Assembly (NCBI GenBank): GCA_035328405.1
Contig: DAOLIT010000011.1
Coordinates: 4,636-68,635, forward strand
Direction of reading: 5' to 3'
Source: Pseudomonadota bacterium
GTDB taxonomy: Bacteria > Myxococcota_A > Polyangia > Palsa-1104 > JAEUJZ01
DNA: 64,000 nucleotides
Made by a program: the position numbers and the translations under genes. Numbering within the stretch: position 1 is the first letter of the stretch; each line of letters begins with the position of its first letter. The notes under the pieces were generated by a model, which saw nothing but the letters and a program-made list of their open reading frames with translations, did no database searches and had not been told where the DNA came from. Positions 39,116-47,883 of the stretch are shown piece after piece.

Positions 39116-40510
39116 ATGTCGGACCGGGCCTCGACGTTGAAAGAGGCGGTGACGCCACGCAGTGACGAAGCATTGGGGACGGAACGCCATCCTGGGGTGG
39201 CGCTTCTGTTTTCGGGCGGTTTGCCGCAGGTGTTTGCGCTGTCGCTTGAGGGTGGACCGCTCGAACTGGGGCGGGGATCGCATGGGATGAATCCCGATCA
39301 GCGGATGTCCAGGCGACATGCGCGGATTTCGTATGACGGGCGACGGTTTTGGGTGACGGATTTGGGAAGCCACAACGGAACGGCGGCGGATGGCCGACCT
39401 GTTGTGCCGGACACACCGACGGAGGTGCAGCGGGTGGTGCGGATGGGGGATTCGTTGTTCGGGGTGTTCCAGGACATCGAACCGCTGTGTACGCGAGGGG
39501 TGTCGATTCAGCACGGAAAAGTGCTGGGGCCTCTTCTGCAAGAGGTGTTTTCGCTGGCGGCGCAGTCGGCGACGTATGGGGACACGCTGCATGTGACGGG
39601 GGAAAGCGGGGCGGGGAAAGAAATGGTGGCGCAACACTTCCATCAAAGCAGTCCGCAAAAAAGCGGGCCGTTTGTGGCGGTGAATTGCGCAGCGATTCCG
39701 CAAGGTGTGGCAGAGCGTTTGTTGTTCGGGACGCGGCGGGGAGCGTATTCGGGCGCGGTGGAAAATGCGGAAGGGTATTTGGACGCAGCGTCGGGGGGAA
39801 CGCTGTTTTTGGATGAGGTGGGCGATCTGGATGTGCAGGTGCAAGCGAAACTTTTGCGGGTGATCGAGACGCGGGAACTTCTGCCGCTGGGGGCGAATCG
39901 ACCGCATCGGATCGATCTGCATGTGTGTTCGGCGACGAACAAGGATTTGAAGCAGCTCGTGGCATTGGGGCGGTTTCGGGAGGATTTGTATTACCGGATT
40001 GCAAGGCCGTGCGTACACATTCCTCCGTTGCGAAAACGGATCGAAGAAATCCCGTGGCTGGTCGAGGCTGCGGTGAAGCGGACGAGCAGCTCGGCATCGA
40101 TCCATGCGTCGCTGGTCGAGTTGTGCATGTTGCGGCCCTGGCCGGGGAACATCCGGGAATTGTTGGTCGAGGTGCGGAGCGCGGCGCAAAACGCAGCGAT
40201 CAAAGCGTCGTCGCGGATCGAATCGAAACACCTGCCAGAAGGCGCAGGCTCGTTGCTGCGGGCGCTGAGCGCGGTGCCGGAAGTTTTGCCGGAAGACTCG
40301 ACGCCTCCGTCGGGGCGGGTGGTCGATCCGGCAGAGGGACAAAAGATCGAGCAGGCGTTGAGGGCACATCATGGGAATGTGGCGGGGACGGCGCGAGCGT
40401 TGGGGCTGCACAGAACGCAGCTTCGGCGGCTGATCGAACGGTATGGGCTGGACCCACAGGATTTTGGTCCGGCGGGAAATGGGGCGGAAAAAGCAAACTT
40501 CGAGAAATAG
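39116..40510 (+). CDS. FHA-domain sigma-54-type enhancer-binding protein, paralog 2 (GAYSGA variant of GAFTGA)
   Basis: FHA core LELGRGSHGMNPDQRMSRRHARISYDGRRFWVTDLGSHNGT. AAA+ GESGAGKEMVAQHFH and GGTLFLDEVGDL. GAFTGA position reads LFGTRRGAYSGAVEN. C-terminal HTH. Start at MSDRAST, 6 nt after a TATAAT hexamer. Confidence 0.75.
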   Translation: MSDRASTLKEAVTPRSDEALGTERHPGVALLFSGGLPQVFALSLEGGPLELGRGSHGMNPDQRMSRRHARISYDGRRFWVTDLGSHNGTAADGRPVVPDTPTEVQRVVRMGDSLFGVFQDIEPLCTRGVSIQHGKVLGPLLQEVFSLAAQSATYGDTLHVTGESGAGKEMVAQHFHQSSPQKSGPFVAVNCAAIPQGVAERLLFGTRRGAYSGAVENAEGYLDAASGGTLFLDEVGDLDVQVQAKLLRVIETRELLPLGANRPHRIDLHVCSATNKDLKQLVALGRFREDLYYRIARPCVHIPPLRKRIEEIPWLVEAAVKRTSSSASIHASLVELCMLRPWPGNIRELLVEVRSAAQNAAIKASSRIESKHLPEGAGSLLRALSAVPEVLPEDSTPPSGRVVDPAEGQKIEQALRAHHGNVAGTARALGLHRTQLRRLIERYGLDPQDFGPAGNGAEKANFEK

Positions 40511-40609
40511 GCGCGCAGGAGTCCTGGGGTAGGGGTAGGGGGACGTATGTGTGAGTGTCTGGGGGTGGGAAAGGGGGATGAAGGTGCGGAAAGGGAGGAG
40601 GAGTGGGAT
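40511..40609. repeat. G-run-rich tract (GGGGTAGGGGTAGGGGG ... GGGGGTGGGAAAGGGGG) between convergent genes
   Basis: Multiple G4-G5 runs on the + strand within 100 bp separating the stop codons of the FHA-EBP (+) and the ABC exporter (-). Confidence 0.4.
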
Positions 40610-42457
40610 TTAGGTGGACTTTTGCTTGTGGGAGAATTGGAGTTTGTAGAGGCGGGCGTAGATGCCGTCGAGGGAGAGAAGCTCGTCGTGGCGGCCTTGT
40701 TCGACGACGCGGCCTTTGTGGAAAACGACGATGCGGTCGGCGGTCTGGATGGTGGACAGACGGTGCGCGATGACGAGGGCGGTACGGTCTTTGACGACCT
40801 CCTCGAGGGCTTTTTGGAGGCGGGCCTCGGTGTCGGAATCGACTGAAGCGGTGGCTTCGTCCAAAATGAGGATGTCAGCGTCGCGATAGAGGGCGCGGGC
40901 AAAGGAGATGAGCTGGCGTTCCCCTGCGGAGAAGTTGGAACCGCGTTCGTCTACTTCGGCTTGGAGGCCGCCGCGCTTTTCAAAAAAATCCTGGGCACCG
41001 ATGCGAGCGAGGGCCAAGCGGGCGCGGGCTTCATCGGGAGTGGGGTCTCCCATGGCGATGTTGGACAAGAGGGTTCCCTGGAACAAAAAGACATCTTGGG
41101 GGACCACGGAAAAGAGGGAGCGGAGGGCTTTGGGGGAATAGGTGCTCACGTCTTTTCCAAAGACGCGGACTTGACCGGACAGGGGTTCATAAAGGCGCAA
41201 AAGCAGTTGGGTCACAGTGCTTTTTCCTGCACCAGTTGCTCCGACAAGAGCGAGTTTTTCGCCGCGTTTTGCAGAAAAGGACACGTCGCGGAGTACGGGA
41301 ACGCCTGGCTTGTACCCAAATTCGACGCTGGAGAAGGCGAGTGCTTCCCCGTCCGTTTGGGTTTTGGGGGCGGTTTGCGATGCTGCCTGGACGTTGTGTT
41401 GGGCGGCGGTTTCGACCTCTTTTTGATCGAGAAGTTGGAAGATGCGCTCGGCCCCGGACAAGGCGCTTTGGAGCACGGTGTAGCGTTGGGCGAGCATGCT
41501 GACTGGCTCGAAGAATTGGCGGAGGTATTGGGTGAAGGTGACGATGGTGGCAAAGGCCAAAGGGGTGCTCCCGAGCTTCTTGATGCCGACCCAAAACAGA
41601 ACGCTGGCGATGCAAAGGGTCGAGACCATTTCAATGGCTGCATCGAGGGTGGCTTCAAAGAAAATGGCGCGCTTGTTGGCATCGCGGAATTGACCGTTGA
41701 TGGTGTCAAACTCGCGGGCCATTTGGTCTTGTCGTCCGAAGGCTTGGACGACGGCAATGCCGCCGACTTGCTCGGACAAAAAGGCGTTGAGGCGGGCGGT
41801 TTTGGTGCGGATGTCGCGGTAGGCGCGTTTTCCGCCGCGCCGAACCCAAGTGACCAGGACAGAGACGACAGGGAGGGCAGCAAAAGCGATGAGGGAAAGC
41901 TGCCAATCGAGCAGAAGCATGGCGACGACGATACCGATGAGCATGAGGAGATCGCCAGCGGCGTTGAAGACACCAAATGCAAAGAGTTCGGCGACGGCAT
42001 CGACGTCATTGACGCATCGGGTGGTGAGGCGTCCGACGGGGGTCTTGTCGTAATAGCGCATGGAAAGGGTCTGGAGGAACGCGAAAATGTGTCTGCGCAA
42101 GTCGGCCATGGACAGCGCGCCCGCAAGCTGCATGCAGTAGATCTGGCCAAAGGAGATGACTTGGGAGAGGACGGTGATGCCGGCGAGGATTGCGCCGTCT
42201 CGGAAGAGGAGGTCGGCGGATTTTCGTCCGGCGTGTTCGATGATTTGACCCATCAAAAGGGGGCGAAGCAGGTTGATTCCAGCGACGGACAGGAGGCCCA
42301 AAAGGGAGAGGACGACATAGCGAGCGTGGGGTGCGATGAACGGCCACAAACGGGACAAGAGTTTGAAGTCGTAGCTTTTGTCGATGGTGTCCTCGTCGTG
42401 AAATGCGGCGAGTTTGGCTTCGGCTGCGCTTTTTTGGGGAGTGGGTTTGGCGCTCAT
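40610..42457 (-). CDS. ABC exporter fused TMD-NBD subunit (degenerate signature motif half of a heterodimer)
   Basis: Six-TM exporter domain. Walker A GATGAGKST. Signature position reads NFSAGERQL instead of LSGGQ. Walker B ILILDEATASVD. Confidence 0.85.
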   Translation of the reverse strand: MSAKPTPQKSAAEAKLAAFHDEDTIDKSYDFKLLSRLWPFIAPHARYVVLSLLGLLSVAGINLLRPLLMGQIIEHAGRKSADLLFRDGAILAGITVLSQVISFGQIYCMQLAGALSMADLRRHIFAFLQTLSMRYYDKTPVGRLTTRCVNDVDAVAELFAFGVFNAAGDLLMLIGIVVAMLLLDWQLSLIAFAALPVVSVLVTWVRRGGKRAYRDIRTKTARLNAFLSEQVGGIAVVQAFGRQDQMAREFDTINGQFRDANKRAIFFEATLDAAIEMVSTLCIASVLFWVGIKKLGSTPLAFATIVTFTQYLRQFFEPVSMLAQRYTVLQSALSGAERIFQLLDQKEVETAAQHNVQAASQTAPKTQTDGEALAFSSVEFGYKPGVPVLRDVSFSAKRGEKLALVGATGAGKSTVTQLLLRLYEPLSGQVRVFGKDVSTYSPKALRSLFSVVPQDVFLFQGTLLSNIAMGDPTPDEARARLALARIGAQDFFEKRGGLQAEVDERGSNFSAGERQLISFARALYRDADILILDEATASVDSDTEARLQKALEEVVKDRTALVIAHRLSTIQTADRIVVFHKGRVVEQGRHDELLSLDGIYARLYKLQFSHKQKST

Positions 42458-44295
42458 GACGACAGACCTTCCTTGCGAGAACCGGGGAGGGTGCTCGAAA
42501 GATCCAACGCGCCCAGGGCGTCGATTTCAGAGGCCATGCGCTGTTCTTCAGCGAAGGTGGCATACAGGCCGCCGCGCGAAAGGAGTTCACTGTGAGTGCC
42601 GGTTTCGACGACTTTTCCGTCATCGAGAACCAAAATCTGCTGGCAACGAGAAGCGGCAGCGACCCGATGGGTGATGAGGAGAAGAGAACGGTTTTGGGCC
42701 TGCTTTTCGATGCTCTCCAAAATGGCGGCTTCTGTCTTGGCATCTACAGCAGAAAGGGGGTCGTCCAATATGAGGAGTTTTGGATGCCACAATAGGGCTC
42801 GGGCGAGGGCGACCCGCTGTTTTTGGCCCCCGGAAAGTTGGACGCCGCGCTCTCCGACAATGGTGTCGAATTGTTCGGGAAGGTCCTTGACCTCGGCAAG
42901 GACGTGGGCCTCCTTTGCAGCTTGCTGGAGCTTGTCTTGAGCGTCCTGACCGTCCGGATCTGCAAGGGCGAGGCCGATGTTGCGCGCGACGGTGGTGGAA
43001 AACAAAAAGGCGTCTTGCTGGGCGTATCCGACAACCTCGCGGACTTCGGAAAGGGGGAGGTCGCACACGTCTTTTCCACACAGGCGTACGGTGTCTTTGG
43101 GGGTGGGCAAAAGCCGTGAAAGGAGCATCGCCAGCGTGGTCTTTCCACTGCCGGTGCGCCCAACGATGGCGAGGGAAGCGCCAGCGGGAAGGGAGAAACT
43201 CACATCCTTGAGTACCGTGCGGTCGCCATAAGCAAACGACAACCGAGACACGGAAAGATCAGCATGTACAGGTTTGGGAAGTGCGTCCTCCCCATCCACA
43301 AGGTCGGGTTTGGCGTCGATGATCTCGACGAGGCGGGCGAAACTGACTTGGCCGCGCTGGAGGATCGAGAGCATGAAACCGATGGCAATAAGGGGCCAGG
43401 TCATGCGGGCGAGTGCGAGGGAAAACGCGAAAAAACCGCCCTCGGAAAGTTCGCCGGACAGCAACAGGGAGGCACCGTAAAAGAAGAAGAGCAGAAGACC
43501 CATGGCAGCGACGGCACCGGTGACGGGAAACATGAGACCGCGAAGCCGGGCCAAATCGAGGGAGGTGCGCAAATAGGCTTGGTTGAGCTGCTCGAAACGG
43601 GTTTTGAGGCTGTCTTCGATGCCAAAGCTGCGGACGACGCGCATGCCAGCGAGGTTGCTTTGGACAAATTCGGTGAGTTTTCCGACGGACTTTTGGATGT
43701 TCTGGTTGCGGATGAACATCTTGCCGGAAAACGACTTGGTGACGAGCATGAGAACGGGCACGGTCAGAAGGGAGACACCGGTCAGTTTGGGGGAAATGGA
43801 AAGCATGACTTGCAGCGCGCTCACGAGGCCGAACACGACGTTGAGCAGGTTCATGACACCAAAACCCATCAGCAAACGGACTTGGGTCAAATCGGCGGTG
43901 GCCCGGCTCATGATTTCACCGGCTGAGATGCGCCGATAAAACGCGAAACCAAGCCGATGGAGACGCACAAGCAGAAGGCCTCGCAGTTTGTACTCGATGT
44001 CGCGGCCCGCGTTGAAGCAGTACATGCGGCTCGAGACGCGGACCAAAAACGCGACAACAGCGAGCGCCAAAATGCCCCACAGAGGCCGCATCGCATCGTG
44101 AGGTGACACGCCAGGCACCGAGGAAAACAGAGCATCAATCGCGCGCTTGGACAACCAATCGATGCGGTTCATCGCAAACTGAAACGCGAGGAGCATGAGG
44201 CCGCCCATCACATACCGCGGCCAAAACGCCACAAAAAAAGAAAAGAGCGTGGTGCGCTCGGGTTCCTCTTTTGGGAGGACCTGTGGTTCTGTCAT
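42454..44295 (-). CDS. ABC exporter fused TMD-NBD subunit (canonical signature, Walker-B Glu to Asp), partner of the 40610-42457 gene
   Basis: Walker A GRTGSGKTT. Signature LSGGQKQRVALARAL. Walker B LLILDDPLSAVD (catalytic Glu replaced by Asp). 4-bp overlap with the downstream partner. Start taken at MTEPQVLP to avoid the overlap with the upstream transporter. Confidence 0.85.
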   Translation of the reverse strand: MTEPQVLPKEEPERTTLFSFFVAFWPRYVMGGLMLLAFQFAMNRIDWLSKRAIDALFSSVPGVSPHDAMRPLWGILALAVVAFLVRVSSRMYCFNAGRDIEYKLRGLLLVRLHRLGFAFYRRISAGEIMSRATADLTQVRLLMGFGVMNLLNVVFGLVSALQVMLSISPKLTGVSLLTVPVLMLVTKSFSGKMFIRNQNIQKSVGKLTEFVQSNLAGMRVVRSFGIEDSLKTRFEQLNQAYLRTSLDLARLRGLMFPVTGAVAAMGLLLFFFYGASLLLSGELSEGGFFAFSLALARMTWPLIAIGFMLSILQRGQVSFARLVEIIDAKPDLVDGEDALPKPVHADLSVSRLSFAYGDRTVLKDVSFSLPAGASLAIVGRTGSGKTTLAMLLSRLLPTPKDTVRLCGKDVCDLPLSEVREVVGYAQQDAFLFSTTVARNIGLALADPDGQDAQDKLQQAAKEAHVLAEVKDLPEQFDTIVGERGVQLSGGQKQRVALARALLWHPKLLILDDPLSAVDAKTEAAILESIEKQAQNRSLLLITHRVAAASRCQQILVLDDGKVVETGTHSELLSRGGLYATFAEEQRMASEIDALGALDLSSTLPGSRKEGLSS

Positions 44296-45596
44296 TCCTT
44301 GTGGTCTTTCTGTGTTTGCAGTTGTTTGTTTTTTTGGGGGCCGGTCAACGCCCAGGCCAAACCGAGCCACGCGGCGACCGCCGAGAGACACACCGCACCA
44401 TACAGGAGGGCCGAAAATACCACACCGGCCCATTGCAGCGCGGTCACACCCAGCGATGCGAGCCCCTTGCTGGCGCGGTTGCCAAGTACATCGATGACTT
44501 CCTTGGCTCGATATCGGGCGTCAAAGGACAAAGGGACATACAGGAGTTCTTTGGATGCCCGGAACAGGGAATAGTCGAGCGTTTTGTAGATGCCATACGC
44601 CAGGGCGCAGGTTGTCAAAGATGGCCATAGCATCATGGAAAAAAGAGAAAGGAGATTCACAAGCGGAACCAGGAGTTGGATGACTCTCCCGGAAAACAGG
44701 GAAAGCAAAAGGGGGGCCCCGACAAATTGCAGAAACATCGCAGCAAAATTCACAAGGGCGTAGTACTTGCCGGAAAACGCATTCTGTTCATCCAGGCCGG
44801 GCAGGTAGTCTGCAAGTGCCCCTCGGAAGGTAATTTCGAGCAGGACAGAGACGACTTGAGTGGCTGCAATCAGGCCGATGAGCAGGACCAACACGCGCTC
44901 TGTTTTGAACAAATGGAGTCCCAAGTGGTCGGTCTGGGAGTGCTTCTTTTTGCCTCCCTTGGGAGGGCCAAATTTGGAAAAGAGAAGGGCGTAGACGGGC
45001 AGGGCGGGCACAGTGAAAACAGCCGCGAGCCACAGCAAATTCAGTGTTCCAAGGGGGCGGGACAGATAGCCGACCAACAGTCCTCCCAGCACCGCACCCA
45101 TGCCCGCAACACCGCAAATCGGACCATTCCAGGTACGTCCAGCTGCGGGATCGAATTTGCTGTCGATGTAGGACCAAATCTGTTCGATAAGGAGTACGAC
45201 ATAGGACTCCTTAAACACAAACAGCACGACGACTGCCGCTGTGAGACCCAGCCGAATGGCAACAAAACAGCCGAGCATGGTCGCCATCGCGAGGATCGTG
45301 GTCGCGAACAGCGTGTACCTGGGTCCGATCCACGAAAGGAGTCGTCCGTACAGATACGTCAGGGTCGCGATCCCAATCAGAGAAAGTCCGAGAGCCCACG
45401 GCAACCCCTGTTTTCCATACGTTTTCACAAAGAGCGTGCTGGCGGTGCTGCGGAGCATTTCGTAGCCGCACAAAACCGCACCTGCTGCGAGCGCGCAAAG
45501 CAGTGCAAACCAGACGGCGTTTGAGCCGGACAGCGGCCCCTTTGGCCCCGCGCCAGTTTGTGTGGAGGCTCCGTCCTGTTCCTTTGCAGCGGTCAT
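44292..45596 (-). CDS. Polytopic transporter, TLC (ATP:ADP antiporter/Npt-like) or MFS-related
   Basis: ~12 predicted TM helices. Segments ESYVVLLIEQIWSYIDS and ELLYVPLSFDARYRAKEVIDV resemble the TLC family. Assignment by eye only. Confidence 0.5.
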   Translation of the reverse strand: MTAAKEQDGASTQTGAGPKGPLSGSNAVWFALLCALAAGAVLCGYEMLRSTASTLFVKTYGKQGLPWALGLSLIGIATLTYLYGRLLSWIGPRYTLFATTILAMATMLGCFVAIRLGLTAAVVVLFVFKESYVVLLIEQIWSYIDSKFDPAAGRTWNGPICGVAGMGAVLGGLLVGYLSRPLGTLNLLWLAAVFTVPALPVYALLFSKFGPPKGGKKKHSQTDHLGLHLFKTERVLVLLIGLIAATQVVSVLLEITFRGALADYLPGLDEQNAFSGKYYALVNFAAMFLQFVGAPLLLSLFSGRVIQLLVPLVNLLSLFSMMLWPSLTTCALAYGIYKTLDYSLFRASKELLYVPLSFDARYRAKEVIDVLGNRASKGLASLGVTALQWAGVVFSALLYGAVCLSAVAAWLGLAWALTGPQKNKQLQTQKDHKE

Positions 45597-46226
45597 TTAT
45601 TTGCGAACCATTGTGCGTGCGGCGGACACGATTTTGTGGGTTTTGTCGGCGTGCGCCAAAAGTTCTTCTAGTGGTCTTTGCATGTGTTGGATCGCGAAAA
45701 GCGCATGGGTGTGGGATGCGGACGAAGCGAGGTTTGAATCGGACAAAATGCGCTGCAAGGCAACAAAGGCCTCGTCGAGCGGAACGAGCGCCTGCTCCAG
45801 GGCTTCCACGGGTTCGCGCAGTTCGGTGGTGAGTCGGCGCAACACTTCTCCGATGGCGGACAGGCGTTCCTGTTGCAACAACGCCTCTTTGGTTCGCCCA
45901 AGCTCTGCGAGCGCGTTTTTGAGTTCTTCGTTTCGTCGGGCAAGGTCGGCGGTTTTGCGCGCAACTGCGCTTTCAAGCTGCAAATTCAGTTCGGTGCTCG
46001 TACGCAGCCTGTGCAGAAGCGCGCGGCGCAGACCTTCGATGCGCAAAAGGACGGTCCACAGCTCACCGGGAAGCGGTTCCTGAAAGGGTACGCGGTGCCA
46101 TTCACCTTTGGACAGGGCGAGCACTTGGTCGCGCAGACGCAAAACCGGCTTCACCCAACCGGTCCACACAAGGAGCGAAACCCACAACACGAGTGCAAGC
46201 AACGCGCCCAAACCCATCATCCACAT
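45597..46226 (-). CDS. Membrane-anchored HisKA-like coiled-coil protein lacking the phosphoacceptor His and the ATPase domain
   Basis: TM helix, HAMP/coiled-coil linker, then LQQERLSAIGEVLRRLTTELREPVEAL, which aligns to the HisKA H-box (SHELRTPL) with Thr in place of His. The protein ends ~100 aa later with no HATPase_c. Confidence 0.45.
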   Translation of the reverse strand: MWMMGLGALLALVLWVSLLVWTGWVKPVLRLRDQVLALSKGEWHRVPFQEPLPGELWTVLLRIEGLRRALLHRLRTSTELNLQLESAVARKTADLARRNEELKNALAELGRTKEALLQQERLSAIGEVLRRLTTELREPVEALEQALVPLDEAFVALQRILSDSNLASSASHTHALFAIQHMQRPLEELLAHADKTHKIVSAARTMVRK

Positions 46227-46329
46227 CGGACTTCCTTTTTTTGTACGTGCATTGGTTTTTGCAAAGGGGATGTAGAAAAAACTGCGTTTGATCGCAAGCA
46301 AAGGGTTTCGCCGCAAAACAGTTCGGCTA

Positions 46330-47084
46330 AGATGGGGTCCATGAAAACGACCCTCTTTTCAGCTTGTGTTCTCGTCGGTGCGTTGGCTTTTCCAACGACC
46401 TCAAATGCGCAAAACTGCGCGGTTCATTACGCAGCCGGTTTTGCTCAGATTTCCGGTTTGGTGGCCAAAGCAACGTCGCAACTTGCCGCCGATCAGCTCG
46501 TCGATCAGGCGTTCGGCGCAAGACCTCAGCAGTGCGAAGCGAATGCCTACACGTCTTTCGTCGATCAGTTCGAGCTGTTTGGCCGGACGGCGATTCGTGC
46601 TGGCCAACCGCCGCGTGGAAGCAAAGGTGTGGTGCCTGCGGTGAAAGAAAATCAAATGCGGCTTGCGATTTCGATCATCCGCAAAATGTCACCGATGAAA
46701 GTTCCGCTTGCGGACGCCAAAGCGGGCGTGAGTCAGTTCAAGCAAATGCGCAGCAACTTGAACGCGGTGGCCGATGATGCGGGAAACACGCCGATGATGA
46801 CTCAAGTTTTGGAAGCGATTTCGCAAGTGGGTTCTCCGAGAGCGATCGAGGAGACGGTGCAAGTCGGTTCAAGTGGGAATACGGCTGCGGCGGGTTCCGC
46901 AACGCCGGGGACTCCGGGGGGGGTTCAACAGGTGCGTGTGCCGAACACACCGCTTCCGGCGTGGGCCGTCATCAAGCTGTACGAGGCGCGCGATCTGTGC
47001 AAACCGCAGGACGTGGCGGGCATCCAGATTCGGCTGCAAGACATCATCAATTGGATGGAAGCGAACGCGCAGCCCGTTCAGTAA
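46330..47084 (+). CDS. Hypothetical secreted protein
   Basis: Signal peptide MKTTLFSACVLVGALAFPTTSNA. Helical, Ala/Gln-rich. No recognisable motif. Confidence 0.4.
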
Positions 47085-47145
47085 CCGCCTTCGGCATTGG
47101 GGGTCGGAAGACGGCCTAGGTCGGCGGTTTGTGGGGTGATTTGTC

Positions 47146-47871
47146 TTATTCGGAAAGATAGAGACGATTCAAGAGGACGCCGTGGCGCGCCAGAGTGAGG
47201 GGGAAGGCTTCGCTCTTGCTTTCGGACAGACTCCGCAGGGCTTGCTCGATGTTTTGGGACGTGACGGTTTGCCCGTTTGCGTCCAGCAGCAAGTCTCCCA
47301 CTTTCAAATCCAGGCGGGCAGCGACGCTAGAGCGGTCCACGCGGGTGATGCGGCAGAACGTGCGTCCGGCAAAAGACACTTCTTCGCAGCCCGCGCCGAC
47401 ACCATACCGCACGGACAAACGAGCGAGCGCCTCTTTCCTTACGGTGTAGGTGTGAGAGGCCTGTTCTTTCACCGCTTGGTCGTAGGCATGCTCAATCACG
47501 CGCACGGCAAAGTCTTCGCCGGAACGAACGGTGCGACGCTGGCCGGTGGTGGTGTCTTCAAGGACGATCTGTTGGTCAAGAACCCCAGACAAGCGCAGGT
47601 TGCGGCCCACTGTACCGCCGACCGCCACGTCGCGGGTTTCAAAGTTCGGGAGCTCGGCAAGCGTCGCAAACGCTTCATTTCCTTCCCCTTGGGTTCCAAA
47701 CAAACGGAACGTGACTTGTCGCGCTTGATAGTCGTCTTGGGCTGCGGCGGGTTCTGGAAGCGCGAGTGCAGCGACTTCTTGCGAGGTCACTTCGCCCGTC
47801 GAACGCCCGCCCTCGCAAGCAAGCAGAGAAGACACGGAACACAGAAGCAACGAAACAATGGTCTTGTTCAT
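47146..47871 (-). CDS. PDZ-domain lipoprotein
   Basis: Lipobox (LLACEGG). C-terminal PDZ-like segment RITRVDRSSVAARLDLKVGDLLLDANGQTVTS. Confidence 0.5.
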   Translation of the reverse strand: MNKTIVSLLLCSVSSLLACEGGRSTGEVTSQEVAALALPEPAAAQDDYQARQVTFRLFGTQGEGNEAFATLAELPNFETRDVAVGGTVGRNLRLSGVLDQQIVLEDTTTGQRRTVRSGEDFAVRVIEHAYDQAVKEQASHTYTVRKEALARLSVRYGVGAGCEEVSFAGRTFCRITRVDRSSVAARLDLKVGDLLLDANGQTVTSQNIEQALRSLSESKSEAFPLTLARHGVLLNRLYLSE

Positions 47872-47883
47872 GGTCAGACTCCT

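Noticed and set aside
38565-40411. Two long minus-strand ORFs (510 and 529 aa) antisense to the second FHA-EBP
   Set aside because: Pro/Arg/His-rich junk composition. The + strand EBP has clear Walker A/B and FHA motifs.
40961-42595. 544-aa + strand ORF antisense to the ABC exporter
   Set aside because: Gly/Asp/Glu low-complexity. The minus-strand ABC motifs are unambiguous.
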